A stretch of 64,000 nucleotides of DNA, taken from NCBI RefSeq assembly GCF_009914755.1, contig NC_060936.1; one strand, 5' to 3'. The stretch is from the human T2T-CHM13v2.0 reference genome, Homo sapiens. Positions 26,216 to 39,810 of the stretch are shown here, in pieces (the stretch's first letter is position 1; each line of letters starts with the position of its first letter). The position numbers and the translations under genes are program-made. A model generated the notes under the pieces. That model made no database searches and was not told the DNA's origin. It saw nothing but the letters and a program-made list of their open reading frames with translations.

Positions 26216-29059
26216 AAGAATATTATGTAAACGGAATCATACGTACATTTGTAATTGGCTTTTTTCCTTTAGCATAATTTCCTTGAGGTTCATACCAGTT
26301 GTTGTAGGTATCAATAACTTCATTTCCTTTTACGGCTGAGCAGTATTTTCATGGTATAAAAGTACCACAGTTTGTGTAACTATTCACTCATTATAGGAAA
26401 TTTGGATAGTTTCCAGTTTGGGGCTAGTATGAATAAAGCTGCTATAAACACTTGTGGACACAAGTTTTCACTTCACTGGATGAACACCCAAAAGTGCAAT
26501 TGCTAGGTTGCATGGTAAATCCATGTTTATTTTTAGGAAAACTGGCCAAATGGTTTTCCACAGTGGCTGTTCCATTTTACACTCCCACTCACAATGCACA
26601 AGTGATCCAGCTTCTCCTATATCTGTGCAATCATTTAGTGTTACACTATGTTTTTTTTTAATCATTATCATAGGTGTGTGGTGATTTCTCATTGTGGTTT
26701 TAATTTGCATTTCCCTAATGGATGATTATGGTGAATATATTTTTGTGTGCTTGTAATCTACATATCCTCGTCAGTGAAATGTTTACACGTATTTCTTGTT
26801 CATTTTCTAATTGAATTGGTTGCCTTTTTAATCTCAAGTTTTGAGAGTTCTTTACATTTTTGAGGTACAAATCCCTTGTTGGGTATAGGATTTTCAAATA
26901 CCATCTTCCAATTTGTAATTTGTCTTTCAATTCCCCCATCAGAGTTTCTCACAGAGCAAATATTTTTAATTTTAATGAGGTCAAATTTATCCATTTTTAC
27001 TGTTATGGATTGTGTTTTCACTGGCAAGTGTAAGAACTTTTCACTTAGTCCAAGGGCCTGGAGATTTTCTCTCATATTTTTAAATTAAAGTTTCATAGTT
27101 TTACATGTTATATTTTAGTCTGTGATTCATTTGAGTTAATTTCCGTACTAGGTGTGAGGTTTTTGGGGTGCATAATATGTGAGGTTTAAGATTCTTTCTC
27201 TCCTCTTCCTTCTCCTCCTTCTCTTTCTCCTTCTCCTCTTGGTTTATGGATACCCATAGACAAAGTGTCCATGCTTTCCAGCACCACTTGTTGAACAGAC
27301 CATCCCTCTCCCATTGAATTGCTTTTGTCTCTTTGGTCAAAAATTAATTGGGCATATTTGTGTAGGTCTATATCTGAGTTTTCTACTCTGTTTCACTGAT
27401 GTGTAGGTTTTCATAGCTTCTTTATGAGAATCCTATTCTAGTAGAATTCCTAGTTCTATTCCTAGTTTGCTGAGAGTTTTTATCATTAATGGGTTTTGGA
27501 TTTTGTTAATCATATTTTCATCAATTGATGTGATCATATGATTTTCTTTTTTAGCTTGTTAATATAATGGATTATGTTGATTAATTTTTGAATATTTAAT
27601 AAGCCTTGCAAGCTGGAATAAATCCACTTGACTGTAGTGTATTATTCTTTTTATACATTGCTGTATTTAATTTGATAATATTTTGTTAAGAATTTTTGCA
27701 TCTAAATTTATGAGAGATACTGGTCTGTAATTTCCTTTTTAAATTTCTTTGTGTGGTTTTGGTGTCAGGATAAAATAGGCCTCACGAAATGAGTTGGGAA
27801 GTGTTTCCTCTTATCTGTTTTCTGGAAAAGAATATTGTGTTTTTAATTCATAAGTTTTTTTCCAAGATTAATGTTGTTCTGGAGAATCAAACGTAGGGTA
27901 TTTAGGGAAAGAGGGGCCAGGCTTGTACATTCCTTTTTCACGTTTAGTGTGTTCCCCTCTGGAGTCCACTATGCATTAGTCAGAGTGGAAAGTTCAGTCT
28001 AGGAGATTCCAAATGTGGAGGAAATGTGACTTTAATGTGTCTTCCCACTCACTGGTATTTTAAGAAGCACTAAAGAAAGATTAGAGATTAGCGCTTGCAT
28101 AAGCAGCTAAAGGACAGCTAAATTTTTAATTACTTTCTAATTACTTAGTACCTGCACTCTACTTTCCAATATATAATTAATAACACTTTTCCATCTGTCA
28201 GAAGGGATCAAGAACCAAAAGTTATAGAGCTATGGAATACAGATTTAAGAAAATAATTTTATTATATTTAGTCATAAAATTTGCATACAGTAGAGCTTAC
28301 TCCTTGTGATGGACATATGGGTTTTGACAAATGCATCGAGTTGTATATCTACCACTATGATCAGGATTCCAAATAATTCCATCACCGCTCCTAAAATTTC
28401 TTGGATTTTCTCTTTGGAGTCAACTTCTCCACTCAATCACGGTCCCAAGCACCCAGTGATCTATTCTCCAATCCTACAGTTTTGCCTTGCCAGAATGTCA
28501 AAAATGAAGCCAAACAGTACACTGCCTTTTGACTGTGGATTTTTTCATTTAGCAAAATGTTTCTGTGATTTATTTATGTTATTGAATGTATCAATAGCGA
28601 GGTTCCCATTAGCTTTATTTCTTGTTTCTGTGAAAGCTTAGAGTGTTCAATACGCCAAAGTTATTTTGGAGGAATTCCTTTGAGATTGGTCATTTTGCTT
28701 ATAGCCATATAGCCCGATTACCTGGTTGATAAGATGAGAGACAAACTGACCAGAAATCAGCCATCACTAGACTAGGCAATGAACTATGAAGGGATCTGGT
28801 AAAACTACTCCATCCAACAGAGGTGATGTGTATTGATTGTTGCTTGCCCAGCCTACACCAATCCCCTGAGAGTCAGTAGGAGTCAGAGTAGCAGAGACAG
28901 GAAGAGCAGCCACTTCAAACAGGGAACAGTGGGTGAATCCTTGATCCAAGATGATGACCAGACCCTTAGAACCTCATAGTGCCTTGAACGATGTTTCGTT
29001 CTCCACCAAGCCTTGCTGAAGGTGGTTGAGTTTCTTATCTTCCATTTTTCTTTTCAGAT

Positions 29060-30420
29060 AGACTAAAATTCTTTCTTTTATCATTTATTTTTTGTTTCAA
29101 AAAGTTTCCTTAGCCATCTTTTTAGAGTAGGTCTTCTGATTATAGATTCTCTTAGTCTTCCTTTGTTTGAGGATGTCATTATTTCCCCTTATTCCGAAGA
29201 AGGATAAATTCACATGACATAGAAGTGAGGGTTGACAGTTCTTTTTCTCAGGACATGAAAAATGTGCCATATCCTTCTAGTCCCCCTGGTTTCTAATGGG
29301 AAATCTGCTGTCAGTTGAGTTATTTTTCTTACAGATAAGGTGTTGCTTCTCTTTCACTGCTTTCTACTTTTTTTCTTTGTCTTTAGTTTTCTGAAGTTTA
29401 GCCATGGTGTATTTTGGTGTAGATTTCTTTGAGTTTATCCCACTGGGTTTTCCCACCTTCTTGATGTTACACAATTACGTCCTGCACTACATTTGGAACA
29501 TTTTTAGCCATTATTTCTTCAAGTACTTTTTAAGCTTCATCTCTTTTCTCCTTTCCTTCTGAGATGCTGATGACATAAATATTAGGTCCTTTAGTCTCAC
29601 AGATCTGTAAGGTTCTATTCATTTTTTTTGTGGGGGGGTGGGTTTATTTTCTGTCTTTTGTTCAGATTGGGTAATTTCTATTTTTCTGTCTTCAAGTTCA
29701 CTGATTCTTTCTTCTTTATTCTCCATTCTGTTTTTGAGCCTATCCATTAAGTTTTTTATGTTGGTTATTCTATTTTTCAGTTCTAAAATCTTTATTTCAT
29801 GCTTTTTTACATGCTGTGTTATTTCTGAATGGAGATGAAATTTCCCACTTGGGCTTCTTTGATACCGCTCTGGTAGGGAGAAGAAGGTGGCCTCGTTATG
29901 ACTGGTTGGAGGTGAAAGTCCAAGATCCCAATGTGGCTTTCTCTGATGCTACTCAGCTAGGGTGGGAGAAAGAAGGTCACCCCGTTGTAGCTGAATCAAG
30001 ATGAAAGTCTTGGCTCTCCACTCAGACTTTGCTGAGTCATGTCATGTTTTTTTTCCATGGTATTTGACTGGAGTAGGGCGGTTTTTGTTTAAATGTTTTT
30101 GTTCTTGCTAGTTTGCTACTCTCTTGGTCACTTGTCTAGAAAAAACAGGCTTTTGGGGAGGTTTTTTGTTTTTTCACTCCTCTTGGTGTTTTTGGGTTAC
30201 TGTCTTTTCCTGCATCAACATCCGGATATACAAAAAGAAAATTCAGGAAACTTCCTGCCATATTGTTCCTCGCATCTAAAGCCTGTCTTTGGTTTTTCTT
30301 CTCTCAAATATTTTGAAATATTCCATATTTCTGTCATATATAGTATCCAGGATTTTTAGCTGTACTTAGCAAGAGGCATGAGAGGAAATGTGTCTACTTT
30401 ACTTGGTCCAAAACAAGAAG
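29060..30420 (-). mobile_element. Ancient L1ME-type antisense fragments
   Basis: T-rich L1 ORF1/ORF2 antisense-like text; boundaries approximate. Confidence 0.6.
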
Positions 30421-30792
30421 GAACATAGATTTTTAAGACTGTAGAGTAATTTAAGAATTTTCTAATTCTAAACCCCTGAGAACCATATTAGAGTGGCTTT
30501 AGGAGAATTTTTCAAACTATACACCTAGACTTTCTCCACACTCCTAATCTCTCCCTCTTCTCTCTCCTGGATTTCCTTTGGAGGAAGAAGACTTATGGCA
30601 CAACCACCCCCATATTCAAAAATTGAGAATCTGAGAATTGCAAGATTATCTTTCTCAAGTGTACTGGGATGGAAAAAAATTGAGAACCCCAACACTCTAA
30701 ATCATTCATTTTACATATGAGGAAACTGAGACTCAGAGAGGTGACATATAGCAGATAAGTGGTAAACCCAAGCTTGCATATGGGTCTAGAAC

Positions 30793-30945
30793 AGTACTTT
30801 TCAAACATTAATATGCAAACACATCACCTTGGACCTTGTTAAAAAGCAGATTCTGATTCGGTAAGTATGGAGCAGGGCTGAAATCCTGCATTTTTAACAA
30901 GTGCACAGATGGTGTTGCTGCTGCTGCACTTTGAGTAACAACATT
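30793..30945. mobile_element. MER5A-like fossil
   Basis: 'catcaccttggaccttgttaaaaagcagattctgattc...tctgcatttttaacaag'-like core. Confidence 0.75.
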
Positions 30946-32209
30946 CTAGAACATTCACTCAGCTTTTGGCACTTTCCACTGTCCTTAAAATTTGTATTCT
31001 TTCATCAAGAAAATGGAGAATATGTAAAAGTTTGACAGATAAGCATCTGAACATTAACGTGCCTGGTATGTAATAGTAAAGGAAGATGTGAATGGTAATG
31101 GAGATACAGAGGAGGGAGCAGAGGGACTCATCCAGAGACCAAACACTTTCCTGGCTTTGCAAGGTAATCATTGCTTTCAAAACTCAGAGGAATTTTGGTA
31201 AAGACCAGTGGAGAGCATATGAATGACTCTCAAGCTGTCTAGTTGCTCATGTAATCTGCTTAGGGCTGCAGGTTAAGAACCTCTCCCTGTCTAGAAAGGA
31301 TAAATTGACCTTCTTTCTCTGTAATGTTATGGAGTGTAATTTTCTAATAGGTAACAACTGGGGAAAGAACATTGAAATTCACTGGCAAGGCATGGAAGTG
31401 ACCAGCAAACAGACATCTTGGTCTGTGTCTGCTTTGATGTAGTGCAGCACAAAGACAATTGAATATGCAAGGTACTTCCAGATTTGGGCCCTGTTCCTGG
31501 CTCCACTATTAATTTTATTTGCAGTCTTGAATAGGTCACTTAATCTTTCTATGATAAATTTATCAAAAGAGCTTACTGATAACTACCATATGGGTTGAGA
31601 TCTATTTAAAATACAAAAAGTATTAATCTATTAATAATTAATACTAGTGGATCAATAAAATAGGAAGACTGAGTCAAGGAGTCTCAGTAAATTGGATTGT
31701 ACCCTAGACCCTACACCCTGAAACATTTAGGTACGGAAGATCCAGCAATCGATTCTCAAATAAGTGTCCTCAGTTAACAATTCCTAGCTGTCATTTGGGC
31801 CCTTTCTGTGTCAGATATCAGTTTTGACTCTGAGGTTCCATCTCTCTGAGGAAATTCGCACAATACCAGTTAGGGAGACATACTGTGTGTTTCCCAATGT
31901 CACTGCCCGCATGTTCAATGTCCCTGTATAGCAGGAGGCACTGTGGCTCCCTCTCTTCTCTCCAGTTATCTAGAGCCCCATAAGAATTATGTCACTGTGT
32001 ATATGTGTGTGTGTGATTGCGCACATAGGTGTGTGTTTGTCAGAGAAAGGGAAGAAATGGGGGTATTGAAATCTAAAGGTAAGAATAAAAAAAAGACAGA
32101 AGATATTGAATCACAAACTGAAATTTACCCTTGGATATCAACACTTTTTGTGTTTTTGTGAATACAATACCTATTTATTGACTGGAATGAACCCAAGTCA
32201 GTTTTGAAA

Positions 32210-32350
32210 GGGCCTCTAATTATTGGAAAACTCCTAAGCCTGTCCCAGCATCAACCCATGTTCTCCTAACTTCTTTGCACCTGGGTTGCTGTTCTGAGCT
32301 TATGACGGTGAGATTAGGCAGCATGAGGGTATTACAGAGAGATAAGTCAG
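32210..32350 (+). promoter_or_regulatory. PDE6H: PDE6H proximal promoter with CRX/OTX-like sites
   Basis: CTAAGCC, GAGCTTA and GAGATTA (TAA[T/G]C[C/T]-type motifs) within about 130 bp upstream of the candidate exon 1. Confidence 0.55.
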
Positions 32351-32354
32351 GATG

Positions 32355-32419
32355 CAAAGATCCTTTTGTCTTTTGCAAAGAAGGCAGCTGGGCAGCTGAT
32401 AGGAACAACATTCAGCTCC
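32355..32419 (+). other. PDE6H: PDE6H non-coding exon 1 (start approximate)
   Basis: Ends ...AACATTCAGCTCC|GTGAGT, a consensus donor. Position fits the known four-exon, roughly 9-kb gene structure. Confidence 0.65.
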
Positions 32420-34543
32420 GTGAGTACTTCTGAACTTCTGGTGAATTTGAGCAGGATAATTGAAGGGCTTTGGGGGGTTGATCAGGTTCCAAAAGAAAAA
32501 TTGCAGAAGAAAACATGTTGGACCTGTGGGCCTGGGCTGTGGCTGGGGATGAAAATGGGAAAGAACATGAAGGAGATACATGCAGACCTTCTTGTTATGC
32601 CATGGGACAAGCAAATAAGTGAAACTTGATTATTACAAGGTCACTGCAAAACTTGATTACTGAATTCATTTAGAAGGAGCCCAATAGTGACCTCCCTGTT
32701 TGCAGCTTCATAGTAAACAGTTTTCTGAAGAAGGAGGAATCTGTGGCACTAAATAACCACAGAGAAAACAGTTCTTTACTCCCAGGATGTGCCTGCAAAC
32801 TTGGCCCAGGATGGTGTGAGTGTGAGGAAAAGGAGAAGGGGAGCTGAGAGCATGAGAATGACCACAGGGCAGGGCAGGTGGCTGAGCCTTCTCCCTTTGA
32901 GGTCAAGTGTTTGTTCCATTCTGAAGCAGGGTGCTGGCTGGAATTTTGGTAATTTTTTTTTTATGGCTTTGGTTTGGGTCTTGCTTTGCTTTTCAAATTA
33001 TTGATTTTCTCTGCCTCAGCAGGACCCTGGGTGATATTTATGGGCTCAACCCCAGCAGTACTTCCCTTCCCAGCTCCTTCCTGCCTCTTTCTTTGTCCAC
33101 CAACAATGGACTGGTCTACCTGTCTATAGCTTTGCTGAGAAAAAGAGAACTGGAAGTGTAAGGTGATAACAGCAGCATCAGAGAGCTGTCTCAGGAACCT
33201 CCTAAAACTGCTTTTCAGAGGATCATCCTCTGTCACTATATAGAGCTGGGCTTTGCTGTATAAAGAAACAGAAGATGATTTTTTGCTTTATACAAATCTT
33301 TAACTTTGTTAAGTTGACCCTAATCCCAGTCCCCTACAAAAGTATGCCTTGAAATATTACTTTGCTGCATCCACTTATTTCTGCAGAAAAACAGTTTGTA
33401 ATCTTCAAAAGGGGAAGGGCTAACATTGCTTTAAATACAGGAAAATGTTCTGGCTCACAAAAGAATAAATTGCCTAATGCTTTTGGAGGAAAAAATATGA
33501 AACTTCTTTCAGCTAAAATCAAGTCTGATAATACATTTAAGGTTACTCAGCTCCAGATGCCCTTAGAATTTCTAGAAAGGTGTGGTCAGCATGAGGTTAG
33601 CCTTTGGTGATGTTTATGGACAACAGGACTGGCTTCCAATGCAGGAAAAGGTCAGAGGTGTTCTACCCTTCCTAAAGGTTTTGCAGAGAGAATTGGAGGG
33701 TAAATCTATGACAGAAACTGCATAGGGATTAGTCGACTGTTCCGGTTACCTAGTGCAAATCCTGAGCACCATTAGGATCAAGGGATTAACCTGGCAACTG
33801 TTATGTAACTCTTTCTGAGGAGGCTTCTTTCATATAATGCATCATACTCAGACATGAACACTTTCTAAGCCTAGAGGTGTAACTTCAAAATTATGTAAAA
33901 ATGCAAAAGAAACTTGCAAGAAAAAAGGGGATGTATCATTGGGGAATATGGATGTCACGTGTGATTTTTAAATTCTTCGGGGTTGCTGTTGGGGTGTCAA
34001 AGGAATTCAAGGAAAGCTTCTTAAGACAGAATTTTAAGACCAGAAATAAGTTAACAGTCGGGGTGTTTGAAGGAAGCAGAGAATTACCCAGCGAGGGCAG
34101 ATGATAATTGCCCCTCTGGTGTATGGCAAGGGCCCTTCAGCAGTTGGCCCAGAGGAAGGAGGTGCAGAGTCCAGGTGAACAAGTGTCATAACCACAGATT
34201 TGTTTGCATGGCTTTCTTTTCTCTCAGAAGGTCTAGCATATATTTGCCCTTTTTGAACACTTTGTACCACTCTACTTATATTGTCTTCCTAAAATTTCCC
34301 CATAACTCTAAAAGGAAGGTCTTGTTTGATTCATTTTATAGATGGAATAAGACCCACAGAGGATTATGAAATTTATCCTAAGTCACGTAGCCAGTTCTGT
34401 GGAGTAGGAACTTAAAACTATATCAGTTTGATTCTAAAGAGTGTACTCTCTACCGTGTTACCATCAAAGGACAATTTGACAAATGAGGGTCACTTTAGGC
34501 CCTTACATTATAGAACTCTGGATCCAACTCAATTGGATCTTAT

Positions 34544-34734
34544 TAGGGCTGCCAGATAAAAATGAAGGATGCCAGTTCAATTTGAATTCCAGAAAAAAAA
34601 TGACTTTTTAAAGTATAAATATGTACCATGAAACAGCTGAGATATACTTTACTAAAAAAAATTATTTCTTTGTAATTCAAATTGAACTGGGTGTCTTGTA
34701 ATTTTTTTTTTTTTGGCTTAATCTGGCAATTCTA
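34544..34734. mobile_element. MER53 palindromic miniature DNA transposon
   Basis: Terminal inverted repeats tagggctgccagat / atctggcaattcta, and a perfect internal 17-bp inverted repeat at 34572-34588 / 34674-34690. Confidence 0.8.
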
Positions 34735-35066
34735 ACCCTAATAGATTCTTTAGATGAGAGAAAAGAAACTTTTTGATTTCTTCTACCTTGAAAATCCTGG
34801 GCAGTTCAAAAACCTTGATCTGAGAGCAATTCTCTAGCTGCCCTCTGTGACTCTGGCAGGGCTGGGATGTGTCAGTTACTGGTGGTCCACTCTGAGCACA
34901 GCGCAGATCTTGGCTGCTCACCAGCTATTCCCAGGGTCCCAACCACACTTGGGACAGACACAAGGTTTGCCTGTCTACCGGGGGTAGAGAGGGCCCACAG
35001 AACGGGAACTGAATTTAGTGAGCAGAGGAACTGGCAGTGCATTTCCTAAAGCCTGAAAGCTAATGA

Positions 35067-35451
<385 letters not shown>

Positions 35452-35874
35452 TGTTCAATTTCTAAATTAATTTATTAACTCATTTGACAAATATAATATA
35501 TATGGCATGATTACTGTACACCATGCACTGTTGTAGGTTCTGAGACTGGAAGGACAGCCTCATGAAGCTAGTCCAGTAGGGGATAAAGGAAGGAATCACA
35601 GCATGAGCAGGTGGTCCAGGGTCCTGGCCAATCTCACCATCCCTGGTACTGGCAAGGGTAATAATTTAGTAATAATCAGAATTTAAATAAGAGAAAAATC
35701 TTGGAGGCGAGGATAATAATTGCAACCCAATTGTCAAGGAAATAAGAAAACAGTATGGACTGGAAGTTATAGAATATGAGGTTTCAGGAATATGCAGTGT
35801 GGCCAGTAAAGAGAGTCATTGTTAGCACGAGCCAAAGACTGTCAGGGAGGTTTGCAGTTAACAGTATTAGCATA

Positions 35875-36048
35875 GGCTGGTGTGATGGGTCATGCCTGTA
35901 AACCTAGCACTTCGGGAGGCTGAGGCGGGAGGGTCACTTGAGCCCAGGAGTTTGAGGCTGTAGTGAGCTATGATTGCAATTGCACCACTGCACTACAGCC
36001 TGGCTGATGGAGCAAGAACTTGTCTCTCTTAAAAAAAAAGAAAAAAGA
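35875..36048 (+). mobile_element. Monomeric Alu (FAM/FRAM-like)
   Basis: Single arm with A tail; duplication tattagcata on both sides. Confidence 0.85.
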
Positions 36049-37344
36049 ATATTAGCATAAATCTGCAATGGGTGAAATAAGGAATCTTATGGAGACAAAG
36101 CCCCCACACACTAGTTTTTATAGAGGAGACTGTCTCAGGGTAAGAGGCAAAAGCAATTTGGAGTTCTCTGGGGCTTTTCAGGATCTTCCTTCCAAGAGCA
36201 AGTTTTGTTAACTCTTACGAAAGAAAGGAAGAAAGAAAATAACGTCATCCAAAATGACACATTAATTGCTTAAATTTATCTTTTTCAATAATTTTCTTTG
36301 ATTTGTATTTGAAGAATGGCAATGTGCATTTCTGTAGCCAAATTAAAGTCTGAGAACACCATATTGGATAGGTCCGTGGTGTGGATAGAAGAAGGCATTG
36401 AAGATTTGTGAAAAGTGGGGGCTGAAGAACCTTATGTCTCGACGTAGAGTTGAAGCACAAACGTATTACTTAATTATCCTTCATTAACTTCTGTATGTGC
36501 GTGTGTATTAAGATGTGTTGAATATATTCATGGGTGTTGGTATTCCTGCTTCAGAGGTCCTCCTGTCCAGACAACTACACTGTCATCTCCCAGAACTAAG
36601 AGAGAAGTTTCTGGTTCATGTGAGGATTAAACAAAATAATCCTATCTTAAACTATAAGGACATGAAGGACTATAAAAAAACAGAGGCCATAAAAAATGCT
36701 CAATAAACATTTAGAGTCAGGTTATTTTACAGCTGGATGGAAGAATATGTAAAGCTTAAAGAAATTGCAGATGCTGTAAAAGACTATAGATATCACTGAG
36801 TCCATTTTCCTCTCTTCGTAACTGACAGAACTGGTAGTCACAGAGAAGTACAGCATCATAATAAATTCACGTAGAATGCTTGTGGCAAATCTATTTTATT
36901 TATTTATTTTTAAATTTTAATTTGTTATACCTAATGTGAAGCTTTAATTTAATTTATTTATTTAAAAATTGTTTTCAGTGGCAGATCCATGGGAACAGCA
37001 TAGCTACCTAGATTTCTGAGTTTTAAAATCTATCAATTGTCTGTTTACACAACTGATAGATTGTGTAAGTAATGTAGCAGAAGGTAAGTTTCCATTCCAT
37101 TCCATTAAGTGCCTGCATTGATTTATACTCTGTTTTCTTAAAGATCCCTTTTAAAGATGATAACTTCTCCCCTTTTGTGTCAACACAAAATACTGAGCTT
37201 TCTTGTTGAAGTACTTTTCTTCTCCAGCCTGAAATAAAGATCTAATAACCAATGGTCCCCATGACTTGAAAGATCTTCTTTTTTTTATCTTTCACTGTCT
37301 AAGGAGGCTGAAAGGGAAACATCAGCCGCCCGGGGGGAGTTAAA

Positions 37345-37478
37345 ATGAGTGACAACACTACTCTGCCTGCTCCAGCTTCAAACCAGGGTCCTACCACCCC
37401 ACGCAAAGGCCCTCCCAAGTTCAAGCAGAGGCAGACTCGCCAATTCAAGAGTAAACCTCCAAAGAAAGGTGTGAAAGG
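37345..37478 (+). CDS. PDE6H: Cone cGMP phosphodiesterase 6 gamma subunit, first coding exon (exon starts near 37304)
   Basis: Encodes [44 protein letters not shown](G). GTAAGA donor; 134 nt. Missing from the ORF track because it is short. Confidence 0.97.
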
Positions 37479-38510
37479 GTAAGACCAAAATGAAAAGAAA
37501 AACTTTCTATTACTTTCTTTTTCCCACAAGACTGCTTTTGTTTTGGGAAATTGGTGCTCACAATATTAAACAGACTTACAAAAATTTCCACTCCATCCTC
37601 TCTTTTCCTCTGTAACTCCATCTTTGATGAATTGTGTCTTTATCCCTGGAATTCTTTCCTTCTCAACTTCCAGGTCTGTGGCCGAATTTAACATGGCAAA
37701 TAGAGGCTTTTTACAATAAACTTTGACTTTGCCTTGCAGGCTTTTGATGACCACTCCTCTTTACTGAGACAACCTCTACGTTAATCTGTAACACTGAACC
37801 ACTGACCATTTCCAGAAAATATAGCTTATATTTATGTCTTCCAATTTTGTATCCTCAGTTCTTTATTTTCCTCTTCCTCTCCTTGGCAAAATCCTATTGA
37901 TTTTTCAACACACAGATCATATGCTAATTTCTTTTTGAAGCTACTCCTGACTCTCTTTAACAAACTATCATTACTTTCATGTTTGCATTTTGTACATTCA
38001 GCTATCATAACTTACATTATATCTTATATTTATTTATTTGTATCTATTCTCCGAGGCTAAGACCACTCAGAAAATTTGTCTGTTTTCTTCTTAACTCTCT
38101 GTGCTTAATAAAATGCCTGGTATATAATAGATGCTTAGTTAATGATTTTGAATAAGTAAACAAATGGATGAATTCATCATTTTTAATGCCTTTTGTATTG
38201 CTTTCTCATTTCAATTTTTATTATAAAAAGTGAAACTTGACTAAGTTGTCCCACTGATGGTTCTTTCTGACTCTTAATTGTTTTAGGTTAAGTTCCTACA
38301 GGAGAGAAATATCTCTCCAGTGGGATACACCAAAACCTGCCTGAGTGACATTTTCTTTGCTCCAGTTCAGGGCAAACTAAAGGAGTTTCTCAAATACAAA
38401 CACTTAAACCTCTCCTTCTTCCCCCTTGAATCAAGAAACTCTCCATGTGAGTGACTCCAAAATTCTTTTGCTCTAATCTCAGCTAATTTCTCCTTTATTC
38501 TTTTCCATAG

Positions 38511-38551
38511 ATTTGGAGATGACATTCCAGGAATGGAGGGGCTAGGAACAG
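38511..38551 (+). CDS. PDE6H: PDE6H second coding exon
   Basis: Encodes (G)FGDDIPGMEGLGT(D). TAG acceptor and GTAAGC donor; 41 nt. Confidence 0.97.
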
Positions 38552-39124
38552 GTAAGCCATCCACTGATTTAAGTGAGAACTTCGCACTTGGAGTTCTGCC
38601 TTTTTATATACTTCAGGCCTCAAGGGGCAGTTGAAAGTTATGAGAAATACCCAAGGCAGAAGATCTGTGAAGACATAGAAATGTGGGGATTTAATTTACC
38701 CTCGAAATAAGTACATGTGTGCCCAGATACAAAAGCCCTAAAAGAAATCAGGGTAGGCCCAAAATTTCATAAACCTTCTTGTTTTGTCAAACAACCTTTG
38801 AGGGCATACAATGATAAATTATAGACTTTTATGGTAGAAAGATTTTCATAATTCATCTCCCCAAACTTCATTTTTCAAGGGAGAAATCTGAGACATACAG
38901 GAATTGGCAGTCTTTTGTCTGAGGCTACCAAGTGAACTATTGGAAATAAGGGTGAGGTCTGGAGATCTCTCCACTCTACCTGGCAAACCACTTCCTTACC
39001 AATTTCCTCTTTTTACACATCCTCTAGCACCCAGAGGAGGATCTTACATACTGAATGCCTGCAATATAATTTTAAAAATTGGTTACCAGATTTTTATGTA
39101 TCATACAATGAATGCAATCACTGC

Positions 39125-39810
39125 ATATTTTTTAAATTAATAGACTTTATTTCTTAGAGGAGTTTAAGACTTACAGAAAAGTTCAGCAGAAAGTAGAGTT
39201 CCTATATGTCCTCTCTACCATCTCTCTCCCCTTTTACACAGTTTCCTCTATTATTAACATCTTGTATTAGTGTGATTATATTTGATGAGCCAATGTCGAT
39301 GCAGTATGTTAATTAAACTCCATAGCTTGAATTAGAGTTTTTATCCCTTGTGTTGTAAAGTTCTAAGGGTTTTGATAAATACCATGTACCCACCATTATA
39401 GTACATATTGCAGTACATATAGTATCATACAGAATAGTTTCGCTGCCCTATGCTCCACCCGGTCATCCTTCTCTCTCTCTCTAAACCCCAGACATCCACT
39501 AATGTTCTTACTGTCTCTATAGTTTTGCCTTTTCCAGAATGTCATATAGTTAGACTCATACAGTATACAGCTTTTCTGGACTAGCTTCTTTCATTTAACC
39601 ATATTCATTTAAGGTTTCTCCATGTTTTTATGTGGCTTGATAGCTCATTTTTTAAAATCACGGAATGATACTCCATTGTAGGGATATACACAGTTTTTTA
39701 TCCTATTGAAAGATACCTTGGTTTCTTCCAAGTTTTGCCAATAATGAATAAAATGCCCCTAAATATTTATGTGCAGGCTTTTGTGTGGACATATTTTCAA
39801 CTCATCCAAC
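39125..39810 (-). mobile_element. L1MC/ME-type 3' end, antisense, in PDE6H intron 3
   Basis: 'gactttatttcttagaggagtttaag...ttttgcctttccagaatgtcatatag...atttatgtgcaggcttttgtgtggacata'-like text. Confidence 0.8.

Larger units (their letters stand above)
25370..27835 (-). mobile_element. Old L1M (L1MB/MC/MD-type) antisense element, interrupted by (TG)n and a younger L1 3' end
   Basis: Minus-strand remnants translate to L1 ORF2-like peptides (KMDKFDLIKIKN, QWERDGLFNKWCW, MQIKTTMRNHHTP). Confidence 0.85.

Noticed and set aside
28770-28815. Peptide MKGSGKTT resembling a P-loop
   Set aside because: It lacks the first glycine, has in-frame stops on both sides and no extended homology; likely chance.
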